Positions 34,722 through 46,715 of a DNA stretch of 64,000 nt are shown here, piece after piece. Each line of letters opens with the position of its first letter. Position 1 is the first letter of the stretch. Location: NCBI GenBank assembly GCA_030390025.1, contig CM059432.1, forward strand, positions 118,980,001-119,044,000, read 5' to 3'. This stretch comes from Squalus acanthias. Taxonomy: Eukaryota. A program made the translations under genes and the position numbers. The notes beneath the pieces were generated by a model. It ran no database searches, was not told the origin of the DNA, and saw nothing but the letters and a program-made list of their open reading frames with translations.

Positions 34722-35335
34722 AGTGTCAGCACTCTTGCCTCTAAGTCAGAAGGTCGTAGGATCAAGGCCCACTCCGGAGACTTGAGCGTATCATCCAGGC
34801 TGACACTTAAGTGCAGTACTGAGGGAGTGCTGCACTGTTAGAGGTGCCGTCTTTCAGATGAGATGCTAACCCTGTCTGTCCTCTTGGGTGGACATGAAAG
34901 ATCTCATGGCATTTTTCGAACAAGTGCAGGTGAGTTCTCCCAATATCCTGGCCAATATTTATCCCTCAATATTGTCTACATTAGGTATCACAACACCAGG
35001 TTATAGTCCAACAGCTTTATTTGAAATCACAAGCTTTCGGAGCGCTGCTCCTTCGTCAGGTAACGAAGGAGCAGCGCTCCGAAAGCTTGTGATTTCAAAT
35101 AAAGCTGTTGGACTATAACCTGGTGTTGTGCGACTTCTCACTTTTGTCCACCCCAGTCCAACACCGGCATCTCCACATCATACATTAGGTATCTCATTGC
35201 TGTTTGTCGGACCGTGTACGCAAATTAGCTGTCACCTTTCCCTACATTATAACAGTGACACCATTATAAAAAGTACTTAATTGTTTGTAAAGCATTTTGG
35301 GACATCTTGAGGTGGTGAATGGCACTATATTTCCT
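34722..35335 (+). mobile_element. Deu-type tRNA SINE interrupted by a Penelope pLTR insertion
   Basis: Homologous to 5133-5579 on both sides of 34990-35180. Confidence 0.75.
34990..35180. mobile_element. Penelope-like pseudo-LTR fragment with an inverted duplication (142-bp hairpin) and hammerhead motif
   Basis: 68-bp perfect arms (34989-35130) with a 6-nt loop. 13-bp TSD TACATTAGGTATC at 34977-34989 and 35181-35193. CTGACGA-AGGAGCAGCGCTCC-GAAA on the minus strand. Confidence 0.8.
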
Positions 35336-36330
35336 TTCCTATTTAAAGTGGAACCTGTCTACTGCAGTCACCCATGTGACTGGCTGAACTCTGGCTGTAA
35401 TTCATAGGTGTCTATTGTGAAGGATCTCGGTTGAGGCTCTCTGACTCCGATTCCCACGTGGCTCAAAAACATTGTTACTTTACTGATCACCCTGCTCAGG
35501 CTTCATGCCTTAATGCTATTAAACCTCTGCACATGCAGGAGGAGTTTTGAAGCACACAAGTTTCTAATGGTCACTTACCCAAATCCTTGCACTCACTATT
35601 TAGTTGTCAAATTTAACAACCACAAGAGAGAGCCCCTAAAGTTGGGAAAGAGCATCAGCACTTCCACACACCAGCTCATTGTAATAGTCGACCTCGATTG
35701 CTTAGCCTGCCCTAAATATATCGGCCTAGCTTTTCCAATTGTAAGCCAAATGCATTCATTTTAAATTAGTTACCGTCAGCCCTGTAATTGGAAAATCTAG
35801 GTCAGTAACTCCAGGCCTTTCTAGCCTGAACTCCATTATCCTCACACTAAGGGGGCGATTTTCTGAGCCCCGAGGAGGCGGGTTTGGAGGCGGGAAAGGC
35901 GGAAAAATGTGAAAAAAAAGAGCGGCGGTTCGGAACCCTCCTCCGCGGGATTTACCCGGTGCCGGTTTTGCAGGGTGGGAAATGGTCCTGACTCCAGCAG
36001 GCCAGAAAGGTTGTTAAGAGCCTTAAATGGTTGTTAAGAGCCTCTCTAATCCTATTTTCAGAGGCCCTCGTTATTTTTCAACCATTTCGGCATGTTCCAC
36101 GACCCTCCTAAACCACGCCAGCTAAACCTGGTGGGTTGACAAGTGGGTGGTCTCCTCACAGCTGCAGCTCCACCATTAAAACGGAGCTTTCATCAGGGAT
36201 TAGTTGCAGGTGGCAGAACTTTGCTTAAAAGGCCTTTGAGCACTTTTATCAGGCCTTCCGAAGTCAGAGGTGCTGCAGCTTGAATCAATCAACTGTGGGA
36301 CCTCCTTAGAAGACCCTCTCCCCACTTGCA

Positions 36331-37620
36331 ATGAGCGCTTCCCCAATGGAGGCATCTGCACGCAGCATGGGAACCATTCGTTTTCTTTCACCATGGACCT
36401 CAGATTCGGATGAGGAGCATCCACAGCAGCAGCAGAACCAGGCAGCTCAGGAGCAACAGCAGCAGGAGCCCCAACCTCCTGCTCAGCCACCTGATGCTGC
36501 ACAGGGCAGAAGGCGCCAGCGTATCGAGGCACCTCGCCGCAGGAGATACCCCCGACAGAGGGTTTACAGACAGAGGATGAGCTACCTCAACATGAGTGAG
36601 CAGCAGTGCCAAAGGAGGCTGAGACTTTCGCGAGAGGTTGTCCAAGAGATCTGCGGAATGCTGCAGCAAGACCTGGTGCCCAGAGGAACGGGTGGACACC
36701 CCTTACCAGTGGCTGTCAAAGTCACCACCGCACTCAACTTCAGGGATCATCAGCAAACATCAGCGGCATCTCCCAGTCGACCGCCCACAGTTGCATCATG
36801 CAGGTTACCGATGCCCTTTTCGCTAAGGCCCACAATTACATCCAGTTCTCAAGGGATCAAGCAAGTATCACCGTGTGTTCGGTTGGCTTAGCAAATATGG
36901 CAGGCATGCCAATGGTGCAGGGCCTCATAGACTGCACACATGTGGCCCTTAGGGCACCCCATCACAACCCAGCTATCTTTGTTAACCGAACGTACAGCTG
37001 GTGTGTAACCACAAGAAGGAGTTTTTGCATGTTTGCGCCAAGTTCTGTGGTAGTTGCCATGACTCTTTCATCCTGTGCCACTCTAGTGTTCCTCCGTTTT
37101 TCAATCCGCCAAACCAACTTAATGGATGGCTCCTTGGTACAAAGGCTACCCCCTGAAGAAGTGGCTAATGATGCTGATCAGGAGGCCAGCTAACGAGGCT
37201 GAAGAGCGCTACAACGCCAGCCACACTTCGACCAGGTCCATCATCGAGCAAACCATTGGGTTGTTGAAGATGCGCTTCCGATGCCTTGACCGATCAGGTG
37301 GAGCCCTGCAGTATACACCATACAGGGTCTCCAGAATGGTCGTGGTCTGCTGTGCACTGCACAACATCACACAGCGTCGTGGCTTGCAGCTTCCTGATGA
37401 GCAAGTGGCTCAGTTCCAGGCCTCCTCAGATGAGGATGATGATGAGGAGGAGGATGAGGAGGAGAAGGAGCTGGAGGAGAAGGAGGAGCAGGAAGAGGAG
37501 GAGGAGCAGGAAGAGGACAGAGCACCGGCCTATCGACCAAAGCAGCGGCAGTACGCGAGCACATGGCTGCCCGTGATGCAAGGGATGAACTTATCCTGGC
37601 CAGATTTGCATAGGTTGCCC
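36331..37620 (+). pseudogene. HARBI1-like DDE transposase, frameshifted
   Basis: Motifs spread over three frames: [95 protein letters not shown], then an acidic tail. Confidence 0.9.
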
Positions 37621-37794
37621 AAGTTGGCACATGTCCTTGGCTCCATCTTAAGACATGATAGAGAATGGACATGACTCTCTGGCCTCTTTTCACTCTGGCC
37701 ACCAACCTGACAACACAAGTGTCGCGGAGTCCACAATGTGGAGCTGCCTAAGGCGAAAGAACAGATGCCATGACGCCAACATTTTGCCATCAAA

Positions 37795-38040
37795 TCATTT
37801 TAATGCTTTCCAACAGGGATGGCATTTCATCAATACACATAAACATTCACCCAATCTGCACACAGATCTGGAGGTTATATCCCTTGTCAGCTGGACCCAC
37901 ACAGCCTTGGTTTCTTTGGGAGGCCTCTTCCTCCCAGATGAGTGGAAGAGCACCTCCCTGCTAGCTGTCACCCCCTCAAGCAACATTTGCAGCGCTTCGT
38001 CCGAGAACCTCGGGGAGGCCCTTGCCTTGGAATTGGACAT
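37795..38040 (-). pseudogene. Harbinger Myb/SANT gene, 5' remnant
   Basis: MSNSKARASPRFSDEALQMLLEGVTASREVLF..GRKRPPKETKAVWVQL. Confidence 0.8.
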
Positions 38041-39409
38041 AGTGGTTTCTCAGAATATGTTGCAGGTGGTGCAGCATCGAGAGAAATCCAGTGGAATGAT
38101 CCAAGGCAGCAAGCAGCCCTTAAATGAGGCTGGGAAAGTGATGTCAGCAGAGGCGAATTTCAGTCCCAAAACACGAATTGACCAAGGGCATCCCACACAT
38201 CTGAAATCAAGTGACCGATCAGGGGAAATTCGCATTTTTTCAAAACTATCAGTGGAGGCGGGTTTCGAACCCACCCAAACCGAAACCCGCCTCCAGTGAG
38301 AAAATCGCCCCCTAAGTCCCACTATTGCTAGCTCACATGTCCCAGTGGCGTATTGCCCAGGATCCATGTGGTTAGTTCTGGCCCCCATTGTCTGATTCTC
38401 TTACTTCTAATTTGGTTGCCACATTGGCTGAACTGAATAGAGATACAAGCCCTACACCCCACTGAACAGTTGTCAATTCCCACCACATCCTGGCCCAGCT
38501 GTTCTATGCAGGTGCAATTCTATGGCCATAATGGTAATGGTTGGATTGATTGGCCATAACATGAAATATACAGGTGAACATTGCACATAGAATAAATTCC
38601 CATTGACTTATATTATCTGTTAGTTGGGACCTTGAAGTGTGGCCACTGTTTAAAGATGGCTGCGTTCTGAAGGTCATTGTAGGTATAGATTTCACTGTAC
38701 TCCTTCTGCGTTGATCCAGACAATATATAGGGATAATTTACTGTTATTAAAATAATACCACTTGTGTGGCTTCACAGAGCCACTACTATTTGGGCGTTCC
38801 TTCCCTCACCACTCCCTGTATCCTGGAGCAGCTACTTTTAATGGGGGCCAGTGTTTGGGACTGGCAGCTGATTCAGACTGGGGTGAGGGGTGGGGGGGTG
38901 GGTTGGGAAACATGCTACCAGCAAATTATGCAATGTATCCAGAAGGTAGTGTGTTACCTTTGAGTCTGGTGGCTTTGGATCAGCTGATAGGCCAGATTAA
39001 ATACCAGCCTCATCAAAATGCATGTTACTCAGTCAAGGATATCACAAAAGTGGCCCTGGTCAGCGGATCTCCATGGAACAAGGAAAGTGTGTGCGTCAGT
39101 GTGAGTGCATGTGTGTATAAGAATGTGAGTGTTTAGACCTTTTCCAGATAAACATTGTGGGAGTAGTTTAAACATAAAAATATTTCCGCTGGACTATCCT
39201 TCCCTTTTAAATTTTCTTCATTTAATTAATACAAGATAACATTTTGAACTGCAAAGTCTCATAAACATAGTGTGCTTGTAAACTTGAATCAGTATCAGCT
39301 GATGGAAGGGGTTTGATTAAAGTCTTGTCTTTCCCAGCCACATCAATCCTGATATTGATTCAGGTAGCTTAATATACAGGTGATCGTTCTACATAGAATA
39401 AATCCCATA

Positions 39410-39790
39410 GACAGGAGTTTAGAAGAATAAGAGGGGGATTGACAGGGTAGATGCTGACAGGTTGTTTCCCTTGGCTGGAGAGTCTAGAACTAAGGGGCAT
39501 AGTCTCAGGATAAGAGGTTGGCCATTTAAGACTGAGTTGAGGAGGAATTTCTTCACTCAGAGGGTTGTGAATCTTTGGAATTCTCTACCCCAAAGGGCTG
39601 TGGATGCTAAATCGTTGAGTATATTAAAGGCTGAGATAGATAGATTTTTAGGCTCTAGGGGAATCAAGGGATATGGAGATTGGGTGGGAAAGTGGAGTTG
39701 AGGTCGAAGATCAGCCATGATCTTATTGAATGGAGGAGCAGGTCGAAGGGCCGTATGGCCTACTCCTGCTCCTAATTCTTATGTTCTAAT
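39410..39790 (+). mobile_element. CR1 LINE 3' end
   Basis: FPLAGESRTKGHSLRIRG.PFKTELRRNFFTQRVVNLWNSLP and the same 3' UTR as 1345-1745. Confidence 0.9.
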
Positions 39791-40229
39791 ACTGTATATG
39801 TATCAGCATGGAAACAATATACTGTGTGGTTAATATAAGGAGCTACAGGGTCATAAATTTTAAGTTGAGGAGTCTTTAAGCTATAGTTACTTAAGTCTAG
39901 AGGGGTTATTTTTGTTCAAAATGTTTCTCCATTTAAGAGAAAAGTATCTCCATCAGAACTTTCTTTGATAATTTTGTAATAATATTGATCTTAAACTCTA
40001 TATGGAGATCCTAAAATTGGATCTGACTTGCTGCTATGCCATTTTTGTGATGCTGGTGGCAGAGAGAATTCCTGTGCGTTCCAGGCTGTTAGAGCTGTTC
40101 TGGAGGGTTTGGGTCCCTGGGCAACCACACCATAGGCTGATAATTCTGCATTCCCAGCCTAATTCATGGTTACCCATGCTCCAGAGGAACTCTCAGGCTG
40201 GATAGAAGTTATAGGCCACAGGAAACAGG

Positions 40230-41345
40230 TAGGGTTGCCAATCCTCCTGAATTGTCCTGGAGTCTTCAGGAATTAAAGATTGATCTCCTGGACATTGCTA
40301 CGAGCAACCCAGGAGAAAAGTCATAGGAGCATTTAAAAATAGTGTTTTTTTTTCCATTTTCTTTGAACACTTAGGGGGCGATTTTGCCACCCCTGGGGAG
40401 GCGGGTATGGAGGCGGGACTGCCGGAAAAATGGCAGGATTTGGGGGCAGGTGCCCAACCCTGCCATCAACCCGCCTCCATGCCATCTTGCCAGGAGGTGG
40501 GTAGCCGTCCTGTGCCGGGTCCCGTTTCCTTGGAGGTGGGAAGGGATTAAAGCCTATTAACTGCCTATTAACAGGTAGTTACCAAACAGAAAATAGGATT
40601 ATCCCCTTTTTGCCCTCACAAGTGTGGGCTTCCCGAAGGCTCCGAAACCCGCCAGGTCAGCGAGGCGAGTACTGGGTCTGCGGGGATCGGGGGGGTGCAA
40701 AGGTGTGGTGTGAAGGTAAGTGATGGGTGCAAGTGTGGAGAGGTGAGTATCTGAGGTAAGGGCAAAGTGTTAGAAAAAGTGTACTTACCTTTGTTTCTTC
40801 CTGCAGGCTTCAGTCGGTGTGTATGCGGAGAGTCTCGGACCTCCGTGTTGGAGATGACAGATGGCCATTGCATTCGCAGATGCAACAACCATCTCATTTC
40901 TGTAAAAGAAAGAAGTTTGATGAGGTCTTGAATTCAAGACCTCATCAAACTACAGAGAATGTCAGTGTTTGACAGCTTCACAGAGCTGTCAAACGATGAC
41001 AATTCATCTGTCAAAAATTTTTGACAGATGAAACATCATATGTTGACATTCTCTGCAATCGGCTTTCCCTTAATTGGCCTGCTAAACCCGCTGGGCGGGC
41101 TTAACAAGGTCAATCAAGGGAAAATAGCGTGGGTTGGCCAGAAGTTGATGGAGGCGGGACTGAAACCCGACAAGTGGGAGTCCCGCCTCCAAAAGCTCCC
41201 CATTGAGAAAATCACCCCCTTATTTATTAGTTATAAAAGTATTAGAGATGGGATCAAAAGGCTGTTTGACTGGGCAGGACAGCTGGAGGCAGGAGGTCAT
41301 GTGATGAAACCTCCAGCAATATATCCAACTAGACTTGGCAATTCC
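40230..41345. mobile_element. DNA-transposon-like MITE hosting a nested Harbinger MITE
   Basis: Ends GGGTTGCCAA...TTGGCAATTC (imperfect TIR). Confidence 0.4.
40374..41219. mobile_element. Harbinger MITE
   Basis: TIRs GGGGGCGATTTT / AAAATCACCCCC, TTA target duplication. Same termini as 35851-38312. Confidence 0.85.
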
Positions 41346-42310
41346 AATACACAGAGATGTCCCCTATTGGAAGTGCCACTGGAAGGGCCAAGTAGAAAGG
41401 GATACTTGTGGTTCTCCATTGATATTCTTGCAAAAATATCAACAATAAAAACATTGGTTAGTACATAATTTTTAATTAAAAAATGGGAAGTACTTTGAGC
41501 AATATAGGGAAATACCTTGGAAAAAAAGTTCAGAATGTTCTGAAGTTGACTTAACTTCCCCTTTAAGAAGTAACCATCACAGTCAGAATTATGAAACAGA
41601 CTTCTGTTTAGTACAGTGTTGGTAGATTTACTTGAAGCATTCATGTAAGAAATAGATTCCTGATTCAACCGAGGTGAGAGAGATAATGGCTTGATATAAT
41701 GTAAATGGGAAGATGGAAATAACTTGAGTGGAACCATGCATGGCCCTATGTGATGGACCATGTTGAATGTTGAATGAAGTTTTCTCAACCTTACGCTCTT
41801 CCATTCTCAGCGGTTGAATTTCCACCGGGGTTCTTCCTATGGTCCACTGCAACGTTGGCATGAGAACCGCAGAAACCCTGGAGAAATTGTGTAAATTCCA
41901 TTTACGCTCTTTCTCCTGGGTTTCCATGGATCTTCCATGGCATGGCAGAGTATCAGGAGATCCCACATGGAAATTCAATTCCTTAATCTTTTAGAAGGCA
42001 CAGAATCAACCTCTGTGGACAGGTCACCATTTTGGTGTCCATATTTTTTCCACAAAAATGCTTCCTTCAACTTAAATGCTCGTCAGTTTTTGAAATTCCC
42101 CCATTCGCTCCTATGGAAATCTTTTCTACAGTGAATATCCTGGCAACACAGTCATAATGTTTTTGATTTTGAACTGGTTTTGTGGTCCAAGATTCGTGAA
42201 AAAGAATAACTTTATTAAGGTTTCCAAATTTGATTCCATTTTTCATAGCACTATATTCTAATACTCCTATGCTATTTACATTGCTTAATTCAAGTCACTG
42301 GATAATTCAA

Positions 42311-45300
42311 CAGGAAATGTTGGAAACACTCAGCAGGTCAGGCAGCATCCATGGAGAGAGAAACAGAGTTAACGTTTCAGGTCTGTGACCCTTCATCAGA
42401 ACTGAAAAAAGTTCGAGATGTAACAGGATTTAAGCAGGTGCAGAGGCAGGGAAAGGGGGGAGGGGAGGAAAGAACAAAAGGGACGGTCTGTGATAGGCTG
42501 GAAGGCAGGAGTGGTTAAAGTTTGCAAATGGGGATGGCAGAATCATCAACAGCTGCCGCCTGAAAAAATAGGGCCAGAGGTTATAGTCTGAAATTGTTGA
42601 ACTCTATGTTGAGTCCAGAAGGCTGTAAAGTGCCTAATAGAAAGATGAGGTGCTGTTGCTCGAGCTTACATTGAGCTTCATTGGAACAGTGTAAGAGGCT
42701 GAGGACAGAGAGGTCAAAGTGGGAGTGGAGCGGAGAATTAAAGTGACAAGCGACTGGAAGCTTGGGGTCACCCTTACAGACTGAATGGAGGTGTTCCGCA
42801 AAGTGGTCACCCAATCTGCGTTTGGTCTCCCCAATGTAGAGGAGACCGCATCATGAGCAGCGAATACAGTATACTAAATTGCAAGAAGTACAAGTAAATT
42901 GCTGTTTCACCTGGAAGGAGTATTTGGGGCCCTGGAGAGTGGGAAGGGAGGAGGTAAAAAGGGCAGGTGTCGCATCTCCTGCGGTTGCACGGGAAGGTAC
43001 CGTGGGGAGGGGAGGGGCTGTTGCGCGTGATTGAGGAGTGGACTAGGGTGTTGCGGAGGGAGCGGTCCCATCGGAATGCTGAAAGGGGAGGGGAAGATGT
43101 GTTTGGTGGTGGGATCACGCTGGAGGTGGCGGAAATGGTGGAGGATGATCCGTTGAATGTGAGGCTGGTGGGGTGAAAGGTGAGGACAAGGGGAACCCTA
43201 TCGTGGTTCTGGGAGGGAGGGGAAGTGGTGAGAGCAGAAGTGCAGGAAATAGAACGGACACGGTTGAGGGCCGTGTCAATCACGGAAGAGGGGAAACATC
43301 GGTTGTGGAAAAAGGAAGACATATCGGAAGCACTAGTATGGAAGGTGGCATCGTCAGAACAGATGCGGCGGAGACGGAGAAACTGGGAGAATGGAATAGA
43401 GTCCTTACAGGAAGCGGGGTGGGAGGAAATGTAGTCCAGGTAGCTGTGGGAGTCAGTGGGCTTAAAGTGGATGTTTGTCGATAGCCTATCCCCAGAAATG
43501 GAGACAGAGAAGTCGAGGAAGGGAAGGGAAGGGAAGAGTCGGAGATGGACCATGTGAAGGTAAGGGAAGGGTGGAAATTGGAAGCAAAGTGAATGAAATT
43601 TTCTAGTTCAGGGCGAGAGCAGGAAATGGCACCAATACAGTCATCAGTGTACCGGAAAAAGAGGTGAGGGAGGTGACCTGAATAGGACTGGAACAAAGAA
43701 TGTTCCACATATCCCACGAAAAGGCAGGCACAGCTAGGGCCCACGTGGGTTCCCATAGCAACACCTTTAATTTGGAGGAAGTGAGTGGAGTCAAAGGAGA
43801 AGGGTGGTGGTGGATGAGGACTGGTTGGGCCTCTGTTAAAGGAAGAAGCATAGCGCCCTCAAGCCATCCTGGTGGGGGATGGAGGTATAGAGGGATTGGA
43901 TGTCCATAGTGAAAAGGAGATGGTTGGGGCCAGGAAACTGGAAACTGTTAAAGTGGCGGAGGGCATCGGAAGAGTTGCAAATGTAGGAGGGAAGAGACTG
44001 GACAAGGAGAGAAAAAATAGAGTCGAGATAGGAAGAAATCAGTTCCGTGGGGCAAGAACAGGCTGAAACAGGCAGCCCTGTTTGTGGATCTTGGGAAGGA
44101 GGTAGAAGTGGGCTGTGCGGGGTTGAGGGACGATGAGGTTGACAGTCATGGAGGGAAGATCTCCAGAGGAGATGAGGTCAGTGACGGTCTTGGAAACAAT
44201 GGCTTGATGTTCGGTAGTGGGGTCATGGTCCAGGGGGAGGTAGGAGGATGTGTCAGAGAGTTGGCATTCAGCCTCCACATGGTAGAGGTTGGTTCGCCAA
44301 ACAACAACAGCACCACCCTTGTCAGCAGGTTTAATGATAATGTTCAGGTTGGATTGGAGAGAACGGAATGCTGTAAGTTGAGAGGGAGGTAGATTGGAGT
44401 GAGTGAGGGGAGCAGAGAAATGGAGACGGCCAATGTCACACCAGCAGTTAGCAATGAAAATATCTAGAGAGGGTAAGAGGCCAGAGGGTGGGGTCCAGGT
44501 AGAACGAGAATTCTGACAGCAGGAGAAAGGGTCCGCTGTGCGAGGGGAAGACTCCTGGCCAAAGAAGTGGGCATGGAGACAAAGGCGACGGAAAAAGAGC
44601 TCGACATCGTGCCGAGCTCGAAATTCATTGAGGGGATGAAGCTCAGGCCTTTGCTGAGGACTGATCATTTGGCGTCAGACAGGGAAAGGTCAGAGGGGAC
44701 AGTGAAAACACGGCAGGGGGTGAGATTGGAAGGAGGGATGGGGTCAGCGGAGAGTGAAGAGGAGGAAGTTTCTGGAGGGGCATTGGTGTCCAAGAGTTGT
44801 TGAAGCTTACGATCCTTGACTTCTGAAAGAGAAAAAGTTTTTTGTTGAAGCGTTGGATGATTCGAAGGATGAAATGGAGCTGTGGACCAGGACAGCTTTG
44901 AGATAGAGTGCATCGGTGCTGCTGAAGAGAGAGGTCGAGAGTGTTCATGTGGCGGCGCAAGGCGTTGAGCGTGGATCTCAGGATACGGCGAGAGCAGTAG
45001 TTCGAGGAACGCTGAATATCTCGGAGATATCTGTAATCCTGGGTAGATCTGAAACACGAAGGGTGGAATTTCAGTTGGAATCCACACGGATTAAGTCGGA
45101 GTCAGAGACATTTGCTGAGGAAAGTGATGTGGCTGTGAAAACGAGTCTTGGCAGATACCTGATTAAACACGAGAAGGGAAACAGAAAGAAATGAAGATGA
45201 ACAAGATTGAAGAGACAAACGGTAATCCTGTCGGAGAGAAGAGCAGAACTTCTTCAAGGTGGGCATTCCTAGAAGAGAAGAGGCAGTGAACCAAACACTA

Positions 45301-45576
45301 ATACAAAAGCAAAATACTGCGGATGCTGGAAATCTGAAATAACAACAGAAAGTGCTGGAAACACTCAGCAGGTCAGACAGCATCCGAGGAGAGAGAAACA
45401 AGAGTTAACGTTTAAAATCTGTTACATTTCTAACTTTTTCCAGTTCTGACGATGGGTCACAAACCTGAAACGTTAACTCTGTTTCTCTCTCCGTGGATGC
45501 TGCCTGGCCTGCTGACTGTTTACAACATTTTCTGTTGTTATTTCAGATTTCCAGCCTTTGCAGTATTTTGCTATTG
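42311..45576 (-). mobile_element. Near full-length Penelope-like retroelement (RT + GIY-YIG, decayed) with direct and inverted pseudo-LTRs
   Basis: 15-bp TSD CACTGGATAATTCAA at 42296-42310 and 45577-45591. Minus-strand fragments IIIKPADKGGAVVVW, FYLLPKIHK, MGTHVGPS..CLF, FFRY.DD, PFLD, IPFSQFLRLRRICS, LGDHFAEHL..VACHFN. pLTR at 42311-42430 is repeated at 45305-45415 and inverted at 45415-45576. Confidence 0.92.
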
Positions 45577-45699
45577 CACTGGATAATTCAATTGTTTTTG
45601 TGCAAAAACTGTAAGAGCAATCAGTAGTTCTCAACTTCTGTTAACAGAACCGCATCTTCTCCATCTGGAGCAGACAGCTTCAACGTGATTACTCATTGT

Positions 45700-46075
45700 A
45701 ACATAATGGTTATGTTACTGGACCAGTAATCCAGAGGTCTGGACTATGAATCCAGAGACATGATTTCAAATCCCACTACTGGCAGCTGGGGAATTTAAAT
45801 TCAAATAGTTAAATCTGGGATTAAAAAGCTAGTATCAGTAATGGTGACCATGAAACTACCGGATTGTCGCAAAAACCCATCTGGTTCACTAATGTCCTTT
45901 TGGGAAAGATATCTGCCATCCTTACCTGGTCTGGCCTATATGTGACTCCAGATTCACAGCAATGTGGTTGACTCTTAACTGCCCTCTGAAATGGCCTAAC
46001 AAGCCATTCAGTTGTATTCAAGAAGGTGACTCACCACCACCTTCTCGAGGGATGGGCAATAAATGCTGTGAATTA
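45700..46075 (+). mobile_element. SINE sharing its 3' tail with the LINE at 18675-19145
   Basis: tRNA-like head remnant, core AAAACCCATCTGGTTCACTAATGTCCTTT, tail CACCACCACCTTCTC..GGGATGGGCAATAAATGCTG. Confidence 0.65.
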
Positions 46076-46334
46076 ATAAAAAAAATTGTCAGATACTGAT
46101 TGTGAAGAGAACATATCCACATTCCATACAAAAATTGATATAAAACATTAACACATACTGAGGTAACTCTAAATACTCATACATTATAACACTGAAAAGC
46201 ATAATGTTCTCTCATCCTCTTTCCCTCTTATGATGAGAACTTAAATAAACGGTCTCACCTCTTCCTGTGGTATGATCCAGACCCACTGTAAGCAGGTCTA
46301 GGTGGCAAAACATGGCAGCAGTCAAAGATACAAA

Positions 46335-46715
46335 CAAGAACTTGCATTTATATATAGCCTCTAACTCGACAAAAAAAAACCCGAGGTGAGGTATAGGAAA
46401 ACAAGTGATGCCGAGGCAAAGAAGGAGAGATTAAGAGGAGCGAGCTAAAGCTTGGTCAAAGAAGTGGGTTTTTAAGGAGGATCTTGAAGGAGGAAAGTGA
46501 GGCAGAGGGGGGTTAGGAGGGAATTCCAGAGAATGGGGCCTAGCATGGTGAAGGCAAGGGGTGACACACAAGAGGCTGGAATCAGAGAAACAGAGCAATA
46601 GAAATTCAGCTTGGGCAGTAGGACCACAATGGAAAAGAAAATCAGGTGGTGTGAAATGGGCCGCCGACTCATTATCGCCCGTTTCGACTCAGAGGGGGTT
46701 GTAGGGCTGGAGGAT
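46335..46715 (-). mobile_element. Old L2 LINE fragment (host of the CR1 insertion; resumes at about 48362-48430)
   Basis: CAAGAACTTGCATTTATAT tail and AFTMLGPILWNSL motif. Confidence 0.6.

Larger units (their letters stand above)
35851..38312. mobile_element. Harbinger DNA transposon (decayed transposase on +, truncated Myb gene on -)
   Basis: Perfect 14-bp TIRs GGGGGCGATTTTCT / AGAAAATCGCCCCC and TAA target duplication. Confidence 0.93.

Noticed and set aside
36331..37674. Domesticated host gene HARBI1
   Set aside because: Frameshifted and enclosed by TIRs with a TAA TSD, so it is a transposon copy.
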